Positions 21,742 to 33,700 of a DNA stretch of 64,000 nt are shown here, in pieces. Position 1 is the first letter of the stretch. Every line of letters begins with the position of its first letter. The DNA is from Tubulanus polymorphus (Eukaryota > Animalia > Nemertea), in contig NC_134025.1 of NCBI RefSeq assembly GCF_964204645.1, positions 5,146,001-5,210,000 on the forward strand, written 5' to 3'. Under the pieces are notes generated by a model that saw nothing but the letters and a program-made list of their open reading frames with translations, did no database searches and was not told the origin of the DNA. A program made the position numbers and the translations under genes.

Positions 21742-24700
21742 ATGAATTTACAGGGTAAGCTTACAGTTTCCTGTCCCATTTAAACAGACCTGTGATGCAT
21801 TCATTGTTAATGCTTGATTCATAAATTTTGAAACAGATACAAAATCATGAAATGATATTTATATTTTAAGGTGTGGAATCTTGGAGAATCTCAATAGAAG
21901 ATCGCGCTAAACACGATGCACAATTTTTCAAATTGAAACCTATCGACGGTTTTATAACTGGTAGGTTTTACTGAATTATTTTTATTTATGTTCATGAAAA
22001 AAAAACATTATTATCAATATTGTGTTCTGTTGTAGGTGAACAAGCCAAGGGATTCTTCCTGCAGTCGGGGCTTCCTGCTCCAGTGCTAGGTCATATATGG
22101 TAAGTATATTGTAAATCATGGATTTTTATTAACTCATTTTATTAACTCAACCAAATATTTTCGTTCAACATCTTAGTCACAAAAACGAACTGTCAAAAAA
22201 TCTATTCTATTCAACAGGGGCCTGGCTGATATGAATGCCGATGGAAGAATGGATAACAAGGAGTTTTCCATAGCGATGTTTTTAATTCAGAAAAAACTCC
22301 AGGGGTTTGATTTGCCAAAAGCTCTGCCAGCAGGGGTTGTAGCGGACCCCTCTCCATCACATGTTCCAGCCATGGGATTTTCCTCAATGTCACAACCAGC
22401 ATCTATGATGCAAGGACCACCAGGTAAAAGTCAATACTGAATACATATATTGAAGCTCAATGATATAATGGCTTGCACTCAAGCGTACATGCATACTATA
22501 TATTATTATTATATACATTAGATTTATGATACTCACTGCCACATTCATATGCCTGATGATGTATTACACTCACAGAATCCTTTGCTTTCTTTCCTTGCAA
22601 TCAACTTGCATTGGTGATTTGCCTATATAGCCAGTTATAATACAGCTGGTGGTTATCCCAGCGTTTCTCCACCTCCATATTCAGCAGCTGTAGCATTATC
22701 AACTGCTCCTTCAGCTTCTAACAGTAAGTTCAATAAGCATGTTTTAATAATCAATACTCAGGACATATTATAGTGGAAAAGTTTCAACTTTGCGTTATTT
22801 TTTTTTTTCAGCTTCTGGCATAAATGTAGCTTCGCCTAAAGATGTCACTCGGTGAGAAAAAATCAAAATTAATACATATTGTCCACCGTTAATGGCTCTT
22901 ACTATTCCGCAATACTTCATCTTCTAAATGGTATGTTCTTTCAGAGGAAGGTCAGGGTCAGTGAGTGCAGAATGGGGTATTCCACACAGACTCAAATACA
23001 ACCAAATATTCAATAGTCATGATAGACTAAGAAGAGGATACCTACTTGGTGAGTAGTTTTCCATTTATGGTCTTAGGAATGAATTTTTTGCAGATATAAA
23101 CCTCCGTATTTGTATATTTCTTTGTAGGTTTGGAAGCAAAAAACATTCTAATGCAGACTGGCCTGCCTCATCAATTACTTGCACAAATATGGTATGTGAA
23201 GATGGCTCAATTTTTTATTTGTGTCATCATAACTACCTTCAAAATTACTGATTTACATGTGTTGTATTTTGTGCAGGAACCTGTCCGATATAGACAATGA
23301 TGGCAAATTGACTCAAGATGAGTTCTGTGTAGCAATGCATTTAGTCGACTGTGTTAGAATTGGTCAACCTTTACCTCAAACACTGCCACCAGATCTGATG
23401 CCACCTTCATACAGAAGAGACCGCAAAGCTAGTATAACCTCACAAGGCAGTCTCGCCCAACCTGTTCAATCCCAAGGTAAACAGAGGTTTTCTCAATTGA
23501 ATATTTTCAACCGAAATTGCATACATGATATGAGAGAATGCATTACATTTTTGAAATCTGTAGGGATTGTACAAAGTGATGTGATAATGCCTGGAGGTTT
23601 CAGCCAAAGTCCTGTTATGGAAATTGAAGCAATATCACCAGGTAAGAAAATGTAAGAAAGAAAATGGATTCCAACATTTATGAGCATTCTCAATCTATTT
23701 TACCTGTGTCAAATTCTGGTTTTCAGTTACATTTGAGGATAAAAGAAAGGAGAATTTCGAAAAAGGGCAAGCTGAATTAGAGAAGAGGAGGGCATTATTA
23801 AGAGAACAACAGAAGAAAGAGGAAGATGCAAGAATTGCGGCTGAAAAAGCAGAACAAGAAAAGAGGGAAAGGATCAGGTGTGTAATATACTAAAAGCTGG
23901 ATATTTGGTTAAGAAATTGGCAGTTGCATTTATAAAACATCGGTTTCATTCTCGGCAGACAAGAACAAGAACGGAAAAAGCAACAGGAACTCGACAAACT
24001 ACAAGAACGACAAAGACAGGCAGAAAAAGAGAAGGAAGAACAGAGAAGGAAGGCTTTAGAACAGAGAGAGGTAAATAAATCGTTATCCGAAATATTGGTG
24101 TCGTTTATATAAAGATATAGAACTAACAGACTCCTGTTTATTTCAGGCTGCCCGAAGAGAAATGGAACGACAGCGTATGTTGGAATGGGAGCGTCAAAGA
24201 ATGGAGCAGTTGAAAGCTGAGCGAAATCGAGAACAGGAACAAGTTTTAACGCTGAAAAATATGACCAGTAATATGGCTCATGAATTAGAAACTCTCGTAA
24301 GGATGACTTTCTGTCTATTTGGTTGATTTCATCAATTACACATTTGCTTTAATTAAATCTTTAAGATACAATAATTGCTTTAAACCAGTATGAGGGATTG
24401 AAAAAATGTTTGGAATTCTCTAATTTTAGGATAAGAAGAAACAGGATTTGACTGATATGATTGGTCAAGCGAGAAATGGTGTGACGGATATCACGACAGC
24501 CATCGAACGCATGAGACAATCACGAGACGTTAAATTAACCAGCATCGAACAGTTGCAAGGTGAAATGCAGAAATATAATCAAATCCTGCTTGAACATCAA
24601 AAAGAAATGGAAGAATTGAATACGAAAGCTCAAACCAGCACCCAAAGTAACCCTATCAGTAAGTGAAACAAAGTTTTGAAAATTTAATCTGGAATCCCTT

Positions 24701-27700
24701 GATATTGATGTGCTAAATCTTATCTGTTTCTCAATAGCCGATACGTATAAGACAGTGTTACACAGTCACGGAAATAAACAGCTATCTATACAGAGATTGA
24801 ATGTTCAACTCGAACAATTACAGAAAGAAACAGCTACAAAACTGGCTGAAATTGATAACAACAACTCTGAAATCAATGTGAGTTGATTTTATTAAGTTTG
24901 TTTAGTTGAGCATTCTTGTATTGTAGTGTTTTGATATGATTTTATTAAGTCAGCATATTATATATTGGCAAATTTCTGGCGACGGAATTTTATTAGACAA
25001 ATGCAACATATTGTTTTCTCCAGACGATGAAAAATGATATCAATCAAATTGAAAATGATATAAAGAAGCTGCAGATTGAATTGAGAAATAAGAAACTCGC
25101 TGTCAAACAACAGAAAGAAGAAGAAGAAAAGCAAAAGATTAGGTATGTAGTTACGCATAAGCATGATTACTGATTTGAATTCTTCAATAGTGTCTCCCAG
25201 TCAGGAGTAACTCGTGTTCTATATGTCTAATGCAGAGAGGAGGAAGAGAAAAAACAGCAAGAACAACCAGCTTGGTTAGATGCGTTTAATACAACCGATA
25301 TGTTTGGCTCATCGACAACTTCCACGGTGTTTAGTTCCACAAATGCAACTGCTCCCGCTTCTACAAACGCTGATCCATTCAACGATAAACAGGATTCACA
25401 AGATGGTTGGGCATTTTTCAGCAGTCAGAACGAAACAGTCGAAAATAAACCGGCTTCTAATGATATATGGGATTCGGCATTCGGCGACGCATCAACGGCT
25501 AATACTGCAGGTAAAACAATGTGTCACAGAGTCTAGTCCCTGAGTTGATTGTATAATTTATCAGAGTCCCTGAGACTACTTGAATGATTCCTTAAAAACT
25601 CCTTCTGAACCGAAAATGCTTTTAGAGGTGTTTGAACTCCTATAATCCTGATCTGTAGGGACCCTGTTATCCTCATCTGGCTGTCATATTTTAGCTGATG
25701 ATACAGCATTTTCATTCGGCAATACTGACGCTTTTGGAAATGGTAATGATCCGTTTGGTAAAACTGATGTATTCGCCACTAACGATGCATTCAATGCAAA
25801 CACCGCTGCATTAACGACAGCAATAACAACGACTTCCGAATCAAAATCAACTCAACGCGTCATGTACCGAACTCTGTTCCCTTTTGAAAGTCGACACAAC
25901 GATGAATTAACGTTGAATCCCGGTGATATAGTTATGGTAAGTAGATTAAACCCATTTCATAAATACTACAGGTACAGGTAATACTATTCTCCTATTATAG
26001 CATCTCGTGCAAGGGTTCGCATCAATGAAATCCCTTTAGCCTCGACTCCTTTGAATATAAAGATTGTTTCATTTTAGGTATCCGAGGACCAAAATGGTGC
26101 CGAACCTGGTTGGATGGGTGGAGAGTTGAATGGTAAAACTGGCTGGTTTCCTGCTGCGTATGTGGAGCGTGTTACAGATGATTTACCAGTATCAATAACA
26201 TTCAGTTCAGCTGCTGAATCTAATAATACTACTACCACTGATAATTCAAGTTTTAGTTTAGGGTAAGCTATCCTATAAATTATCTGAAATTCAGGCAACT
26301 GTGCACTGGTGTAATAACCGAAGGTGTAGTAAAGTTTTTTGATTTATTTACTGGGCTAGCTGTACATAGATCAATGGTGATGTTCTATAAAACAATTAAT
26401 TGATTGTCTCTTTCTTATATTAAGGGATGTTACGACTGCAGAATCAACTACTGATGAACTTAAATTGGAGACATCGGGCTCATTAACCATTAGTCAGTCG
26501 GAGTCTTCATCATTTACCACAGTTATACCAGCTGCCATCAATACTGCTCCATCTCCTACTCCTGGACTGGTTAGTCTTAAAACATCTCAACCATAGGATG
26601 TTTATCCGTATTGTATAATGTATGATAAAAATGTTATGAATTGCAGGGTCAGACAGCTCCTGATGGTCTCCAGGCTCAGGCGTTATACCCATGGCGTGCG
26701 AAGAAAGATAATCATTTAACATTCAACAAAGGCGATATTATTCTAGTCAGAGAACAACAAGACATGTGGTGGTCTGGTGAATTAAATGGAAAGGTACAGT
26801 CATTGTTTATTTCTATATTAGCGTTTTTTTGGAATGTCTTCGATGTAAACCATTATAAGATGGTTTCATTCTATCTTTACAGATTGGATGGTTCCCAAAA
26901 TCGTATGTAAAACTTGTGAGCTCTACACCAAAACAATCTAAGTTAGTATCGGGATCATTTTTCAGAATTTCAGTTGTTTAGTTTTTGATTTCTGTCCTGG
27001 ATTCATGGTAATTGTTTGTTGATTTCAGCTCAAGGTCCGATACTCCTGTGAACAGCGACAGGCCTGCCTCAATAAATTCAAATCCATCACCGATATCCCC
27101 TGAACAGTCAATTCAGCAATCTGGTGGTAAGACAAACTTATAGTCAGTAACTAAGCTCAATTTCATATCCAAAAGTACCTGTATGTAGATATTCTCACTA
27201 TATCTGATATTTAGAATACTACGTGGCTATGTACAACTATACTTCAACTGAGTCTGGTGATTTGGTATTCAACCAAGGTGACGTTATACAAGTGACAAAG
27301 ATGGACGGTGATTGGTGGACCGGAATCCTCAATGAAAAAGCAGGAATATTCCCAGCGAATTATGTTAAAAAAATGGAAGTTCAGGTAAATGGATCATATT
27401 TCAGATTATCAGCTTTGGCTTTTAAAATATGTAGTTCAGCTCTCTGTTGTTCAAGCATCAGTCATTACCTTCAAAAGAGCGATTTTAAGTCGGACTATGG
27501 GTTTAAGTGGATTGTTATGTCTCCTTTAAACGCTTTGCATAGATAAGGCAATGTCCGAAAACAAAAATTAATGCTCCTTAGTACGTCTTGTTATTGAATG
27601 AAATAGGAACATTTAAAGAAGTGTCTACAATATGATGAATATGATGGTGATGATACTTTGTTTCCATTAGAGGTATAAAAATCCAATCGGTTTCGAAACT

Positions 27701-30700
27701 AAAATTCTGATAACATTTTCTTCGAACACCAAATCGTTGCGCTTGTAACGATGGATGATTTCTGTTCCAAGGCAATATATTAAACTCCCCTAATTCTGTG
27801 TTAAGACTCAAAATGATCCTTCATAATCGATTTAACAGTACCACAGGTAGGCCCTATACATCTGTATATTCTTAGTCCAATATTGTGTGATGTAATGTAT
27901 ACCATATTTGGAATTTCAAGTCATTTTCCATAAGCAATTTCTATCATCCAGTGCATGAAAACCAACCTTAGGCATTTTGTCTATGTGCACATTATATACC
28001 TATACAAAATGCTTCCTCTCATTCGACGACTCGAAATTTTTTCTTTTAACTCTGTAATTTATGGCTTCATTTGTGCCCCATAAAATCTAAACTGAAATTT
28101 GCTTTCCAACCATGTTGACCCAGAACATAATTTGTTCAAGGAAATCCATCCTTATAAAACCTGGACTCAGTTTCATGTTTAAACTGATTCATGGCTTATA
28201 GAGAAACCAAATCATTTTATGGAAGTGGTCACTTGATCTTAACTATTCAACTAACGCATGTTTGTCTTCTGCATGATGTTTTCTTGGCCTCATCTTCGCT
28301 AACCAAACCGTGACTTGTACGTACCATATTTGCTTGCTAACAAAATACGCACTCGCTGTCAGAATAAACCCACAGAAACTTCAATAGCAGCAGCAGCATT
28401 ACCACTTCCGGAAGGACCGCCGCCAACGGATAACCAACTTGATCAAGTATGATGATAACTTATATATTATCTTATTCATCTAGCAACTATGTCTTAACTA
28501 GTAGTTAATTTTCAAATACACTTTAAAGTTCATCTACATGTTAAGTCTACTGTAGATAAACAGTGAACGTTTTACAAGATTTTCTTTCTCATATCATAAA
28601 CGACTATGAATGTACAGTACATACTACAAGTTTCATTTTGCACCATTAACTTAAGTAACAAAATAGGAAATGGTTTCAATCCTTATTTGCACATATTCAG
28701 TTCTTAAAATACCACTGTGTAGTCGTAGTTACCGTGCATGATAGCTTGTTGCTTTCTTTGCCCTATTGCACTGTTTATCAACTACAAAAATGTACCACCT
28801 TATTCTACAATCTTTAGTCAGATCTGAGATAATAGTAAGATTTGATGATACAACATATTTTCGGCACAGGATATGATGCTAATGTTGATGAATATGTGTT
28901 AGGTGAATGTTGATCTAGGTAGCCAACATGGAACTAATATATGTTTCTCCTCATTCTTCAGCCTGGTGTAAAATTATCTAAAAAACCTGGTATGTATTGC
29001 ATCCACTTCATATTCTACTTAATTGCCATCAAATCTATTTGAATTTTATGAATAGATTTACTTTATACCGAGTAGCGTATTTTCCATTGACCCTTTGATT
29101 ATTTCAGAAATAGCATCTGTGATAGCGGCCTATAATGCTACCGGACCCGAGCAGTTATCTTTATCTCCCGGTCAGCTTATTTCTGTTCGTAAAAAAAGTC
29201 CCAGTGGTTGGTGGGAAGGAGAATTACAGGTACATTATAATTTCATGCACTTATCGCAACCTTACCATGAATCATATTGTTTCAAATGCCATGAAAATGA
29301 TCGTCTACCTTTAGGCCAAAGGCCAGAAAAGACGGATAGGATGGTTTCCGGCGAATTATGTGAAATTACTCGGTTCTTCCAGTGCCAGATCTACCCCAGA
29401 TAATTCCTCACAAAGAAGCACTCCTAACCCTATGGTAATTGATTATCCTATATTTTTTAATGATTGTACTCGGCACACAGTGTTCTTCAACCAATAAATT
29501 ACAAGAAAGATAATTAATACAAGAAAGATTATCAATAAAGATTATTATTATATATTATTATAAGCTTCTTAGCTAGGTGTACGCTACTGAAACTCTACTT
29601 ACCGTACTTTTAGAACGATCAGAGAAGTTCAACACCACAAACTCAGCCCCCAGATCTACCAGCCGCCAGTTCAAGTAGTAAGTGTAAATTTCACCTACCA
29701 TTATGTTTGGCAAGTTTTGGCTTAAGAGGCAAAGACATCAGGATATTATTTATATCAATAGAATTGCTTGAATATAACTCAATACAAATCTTCCAAAAAT
29801 GTTCTATTGCCCCCTTAGGCCTCACTCAAAATTAAAATGTTATCCTTTTTTGTATGTTTGCAGAAGAACAGGTGGTAGCTCTATACTCATATTCTGCCCA
29901 ACATGATGATGAGCTTTCATTCCAAAAAGGCTCTGTTCTCAGTGTACTCGACAAAGAGGATCCTGACTGGTGGAAAGGTGAAGTGAATGGTACAACGGGA
30001 ATGTTTCCATCGAACTATGTGAAACCACTCAGCGAAGCTACAATGTCTCCACCTAGTACATGTGAGTAGTTCCTAAATAAATCCCTCAATATGAAATACA
30101 CAAACAATATGTTTGCTAACAACAGCCAGTAAGTAGTTCTTGATAGGTACAAGGTTGAAAAACCATGAAAGCCATATTATGTACATTTGCGCTGATAATT
30201 CACCATTGATATTTATCTTTTTCTTTCATTTCATCTATTATTAGGATTCATTCATTCGCGTGGAGACCTTCAGCTGACCCTTTATTAGGACTGCCTACTC
30301 TTCATCTTATGGGATACTTTGAATTTGATAGAAAAGCTACAAAAATTACGTTTAGCCATATTTGCTCAGATGATGCAAAATATCCATGAAATGTTGTCAA
30401 CATTGAGCTTGTCATTACTTCACTCTTCATCTGAACTTCACCACTTCACTATTATCACAAATGTTATTACCGCAAATTCTGCCAGTACGGTTTCAACCTC
30501 TGCATATTAGATTTGTGACTTACAACACTTTTCTCAGTATCACATATACTCATCTTGTTGATTTGGATTGTGTATATACGTAACTTCTCGCATAATTCAT
30601 GTTACTGTTATTATTAGGCAATATCTACTCATGTATTAAAATGGCTGTCTGCATATAATTAAACTACCTCTTGGCAGTGAATATAGTTAAGTATTTCAGC

Positions 30701-33700
30701 CTGCGTTAGAACAGTGTAGACACGGAGTAAGAAATGCTTTTTCTGTCTTCGAGGAAGCATTGTTTTTATAACACAGCTGATTTCATTTCAACTCATTTGT
30801 AATTATCTTTGTGCAACGCATGATTTTTTTTCACATAATTTTAGATACCGCACAATTTCCGTTACTTTCTGAGCAAATATGGTTTTTAAGAAGATTTTCA
30901 AATTTATCAGAATCGATCAGTATTTGGGCTTTTTCTCTTTATTTCTGTGATTCAGTACATACATTGAATTCATTTTTTTAAACTAACAAACTGCATGTTT
31001 TTCGACATTATTTATACTAATTTGATATAGTATTCAATTTACCTGCTTGGTAATCGCATTTAACAGTAATCATGAATTGAACATTGCTTCATTCAAACTG
31101 TTAAAAAGCCCAAATCGATCCATTAAAAGATTGTATTGCAGGAATGTGATTGAGAGGGATCGATGTACGCATGTCTACAGTAGTGGGTCAGAGATGAAGG
31201 CTCCGCAGGTCACTCAATATTTGTCTTCTCTGCTTCAATCATATCTCAATCAATATAATTAAATAAGCTGCTGTTATCTTGCGCCTTTCTAACCTACTCG
31301 ACCCACCACGATATGGCATTCATTCAATGTTCCCCTCACACATGTTCCTCGTGTTGCTTCTAAACCTATAGTTCCATCAGTTTGATAACATATAGCGTAA
31401 GCTTGGTTATAATAGGATCACAAAATAGTGAATATGTATGCGTGAATCATGACTATACATTGATATAGGGACGTTCTTAGTAGTATAAAAAACTTACAAC
31501 TCAAAAGAAATTTCCTATGCATATGATGAAATAGATTCTATAATATTATGCAGTGCGTCTAATGTGTTATATTGTGTTATAGAAGATGTCTGTACATGTT
31601 ATTGAGTGCATAGTACATGGTGTATATTACGATATATAGTCTGTTGTATTGTTTTATGAGTGTTTTACAATATGTTACCGCTGCACTTGAATCCAATCAG
31701 TATGTTTCAGTAGACAGTGGTATCGCACTGTAATGTCCCCAGTAAAGGAAAGGTATATTTCACTCAAAGCCCCTCGCATCATCCAAGAATATAGAAAGTT
31801 GCATGTAAGTATCTATAATATGAGACGTTCGAACCATCTTATATTGGAAAATCTTCTCAACCCCATATTATCACTGTTGTGGGTATGAAAACTCAACTTG
31901 CGCTAAGTGACGATACATGAACGGTAAAAGTTTCGAAGATATTTGGATTTCCGTTGAGATTAGAAATCACAAATGTGTATTGATTCCTCAATTCATACTG
32001 TCGCCCATTTACTGATGATGATGCTCATAGCTAACTTTTTCTGTATTCAGAGTACAGCTTCAACGTATTTGCATTTCAAAGGAATATACATACATGTATT
32101 AGCAATAGTGATTCATTATTCAGTTAAATGCATTCCTCATTTGTAACTTTGAACACTGGCATTTGTACATGTACTCGATGTTATATATGATTGTGGTAGT
32201 AAAATAAATGAAAAATAAAAGTATTATAAAAGAAATACGAATTAGTTACCCAGATATTTTGTGCCCATGAAGAAGTGAGGGAGATTGGTAGTCACCACCA
32301 CAAGTAATGGAAATCTAATAACTAGCTAGACAAATTAAATGATTAATGTAAGACTGGCTGGTAAAAGTTGTTGTGAAATGGTTTTGCTGTCTTGATCATT
32401 AGATGAACGACTTATTGAAGAGGAATGCAGCAGTGATGATAGCAGTTCGACGGGCACAGATATTGAGCTGGGTATATTCACTACCGGTACATAGAACATG
32501 TAGAAATTCATTTCCAAGGTTTTGGCTCTACAAAATCTATGATTAGTTTATTCATTTGATGACCAACCAAAGAAGTGAATAAAACAGATCAATGTAGAAA
32601 AGATACTATCAGGTCTTTAAACCTTCCGTAACTACAATTGCATGCATTAGTCTCTGTTACTCTGAAAAAATGTATGCCTGATGACTGAATTTCTATAATG
32701 GAGGTATTTTCACTAGACAGATAGGCACACTTAGAATGACTACTACCGGTAATTAGGTAACATCTATCTTATTACTTGGTAAATGGAACACCAGTGTCTC
32801 TTAGGAAGAAAGTAGCAAAAGCACCTTTTCAAGATCTGGATCCACATTTTAAAGATGGTCACATGGCAGCATGTAAATTACCTGTATGATTGAAAACCCA
32901 TAGTATGTAGTGAAAGTATCTTAATGAATTACAGGGGCTACGGATCCAACTGTTTTCGCGATGACCTCTCCAGAAGAGCGTAAAAGGCAAAACTACATCC
33001 ATGAATTGATAAATACTGAGGAAACATACATGTCTGACATGTCAATAGTAATGGAAGTAAGCAACGACAAATATTCAGAAATTTGGGTGTATTTTTTCGT
33101 CAGTGCTCCTTAAGGCCTGGATCTACATTCTTTTTATTTCTGACAGATATTTCATCAACCAATGTTGGAGAGTAAGGTATTATCTCAAGAGGAACTGCAA
33201 CAGATCTTTGTAAATTGGGAAGAACTTATTGTCTGCAATACAAAACTGTTGAAGTAAGTTGATTATTTTTAAACAAATAGATCATACCATGTACTTAAAA
33301 ACAATACTGATGTACATAGAAATGACATAAATGATGTATTTCTTGCAGAGCATTGCGTGTTAGGAAAAAGATGAGCGGTGAAGGTCAAATTATCCCTATT
33401 ATTGGTGATATACTGGTTGAGAATGTGAGTTTCAAGTAATAATCAATCTGATAAACTGCAATTTCTGATTTAGCCCAGAAAAGTTGAAAAAGAGGATGCT
33501 TTATGCCAACAAGCCAAAATTTTCTTCTGTCATATAACATCATCCTAAATAATCTGATAATTTTTCACTATTTTTCAGCTTCCCCACTTGACTGCATACA
33601 TTAGATTCTGTAGTTGTCAGCTAAAAGCTGGCAAACTTATACAGCATAAAACAGATGAAGGATCTGAATTTAAAGAATTAGCAAAGGTAAAGTACAGTTT

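Noticed and set aside
28871-28902. Second possible cassette exon in the SH3C-SH3D intron (CAG|GATATG...TTAG|GTGAAT)
   Set aside because: Weak pyrimidine tract and an in-frame TAG; no support beyond dinucleotides.
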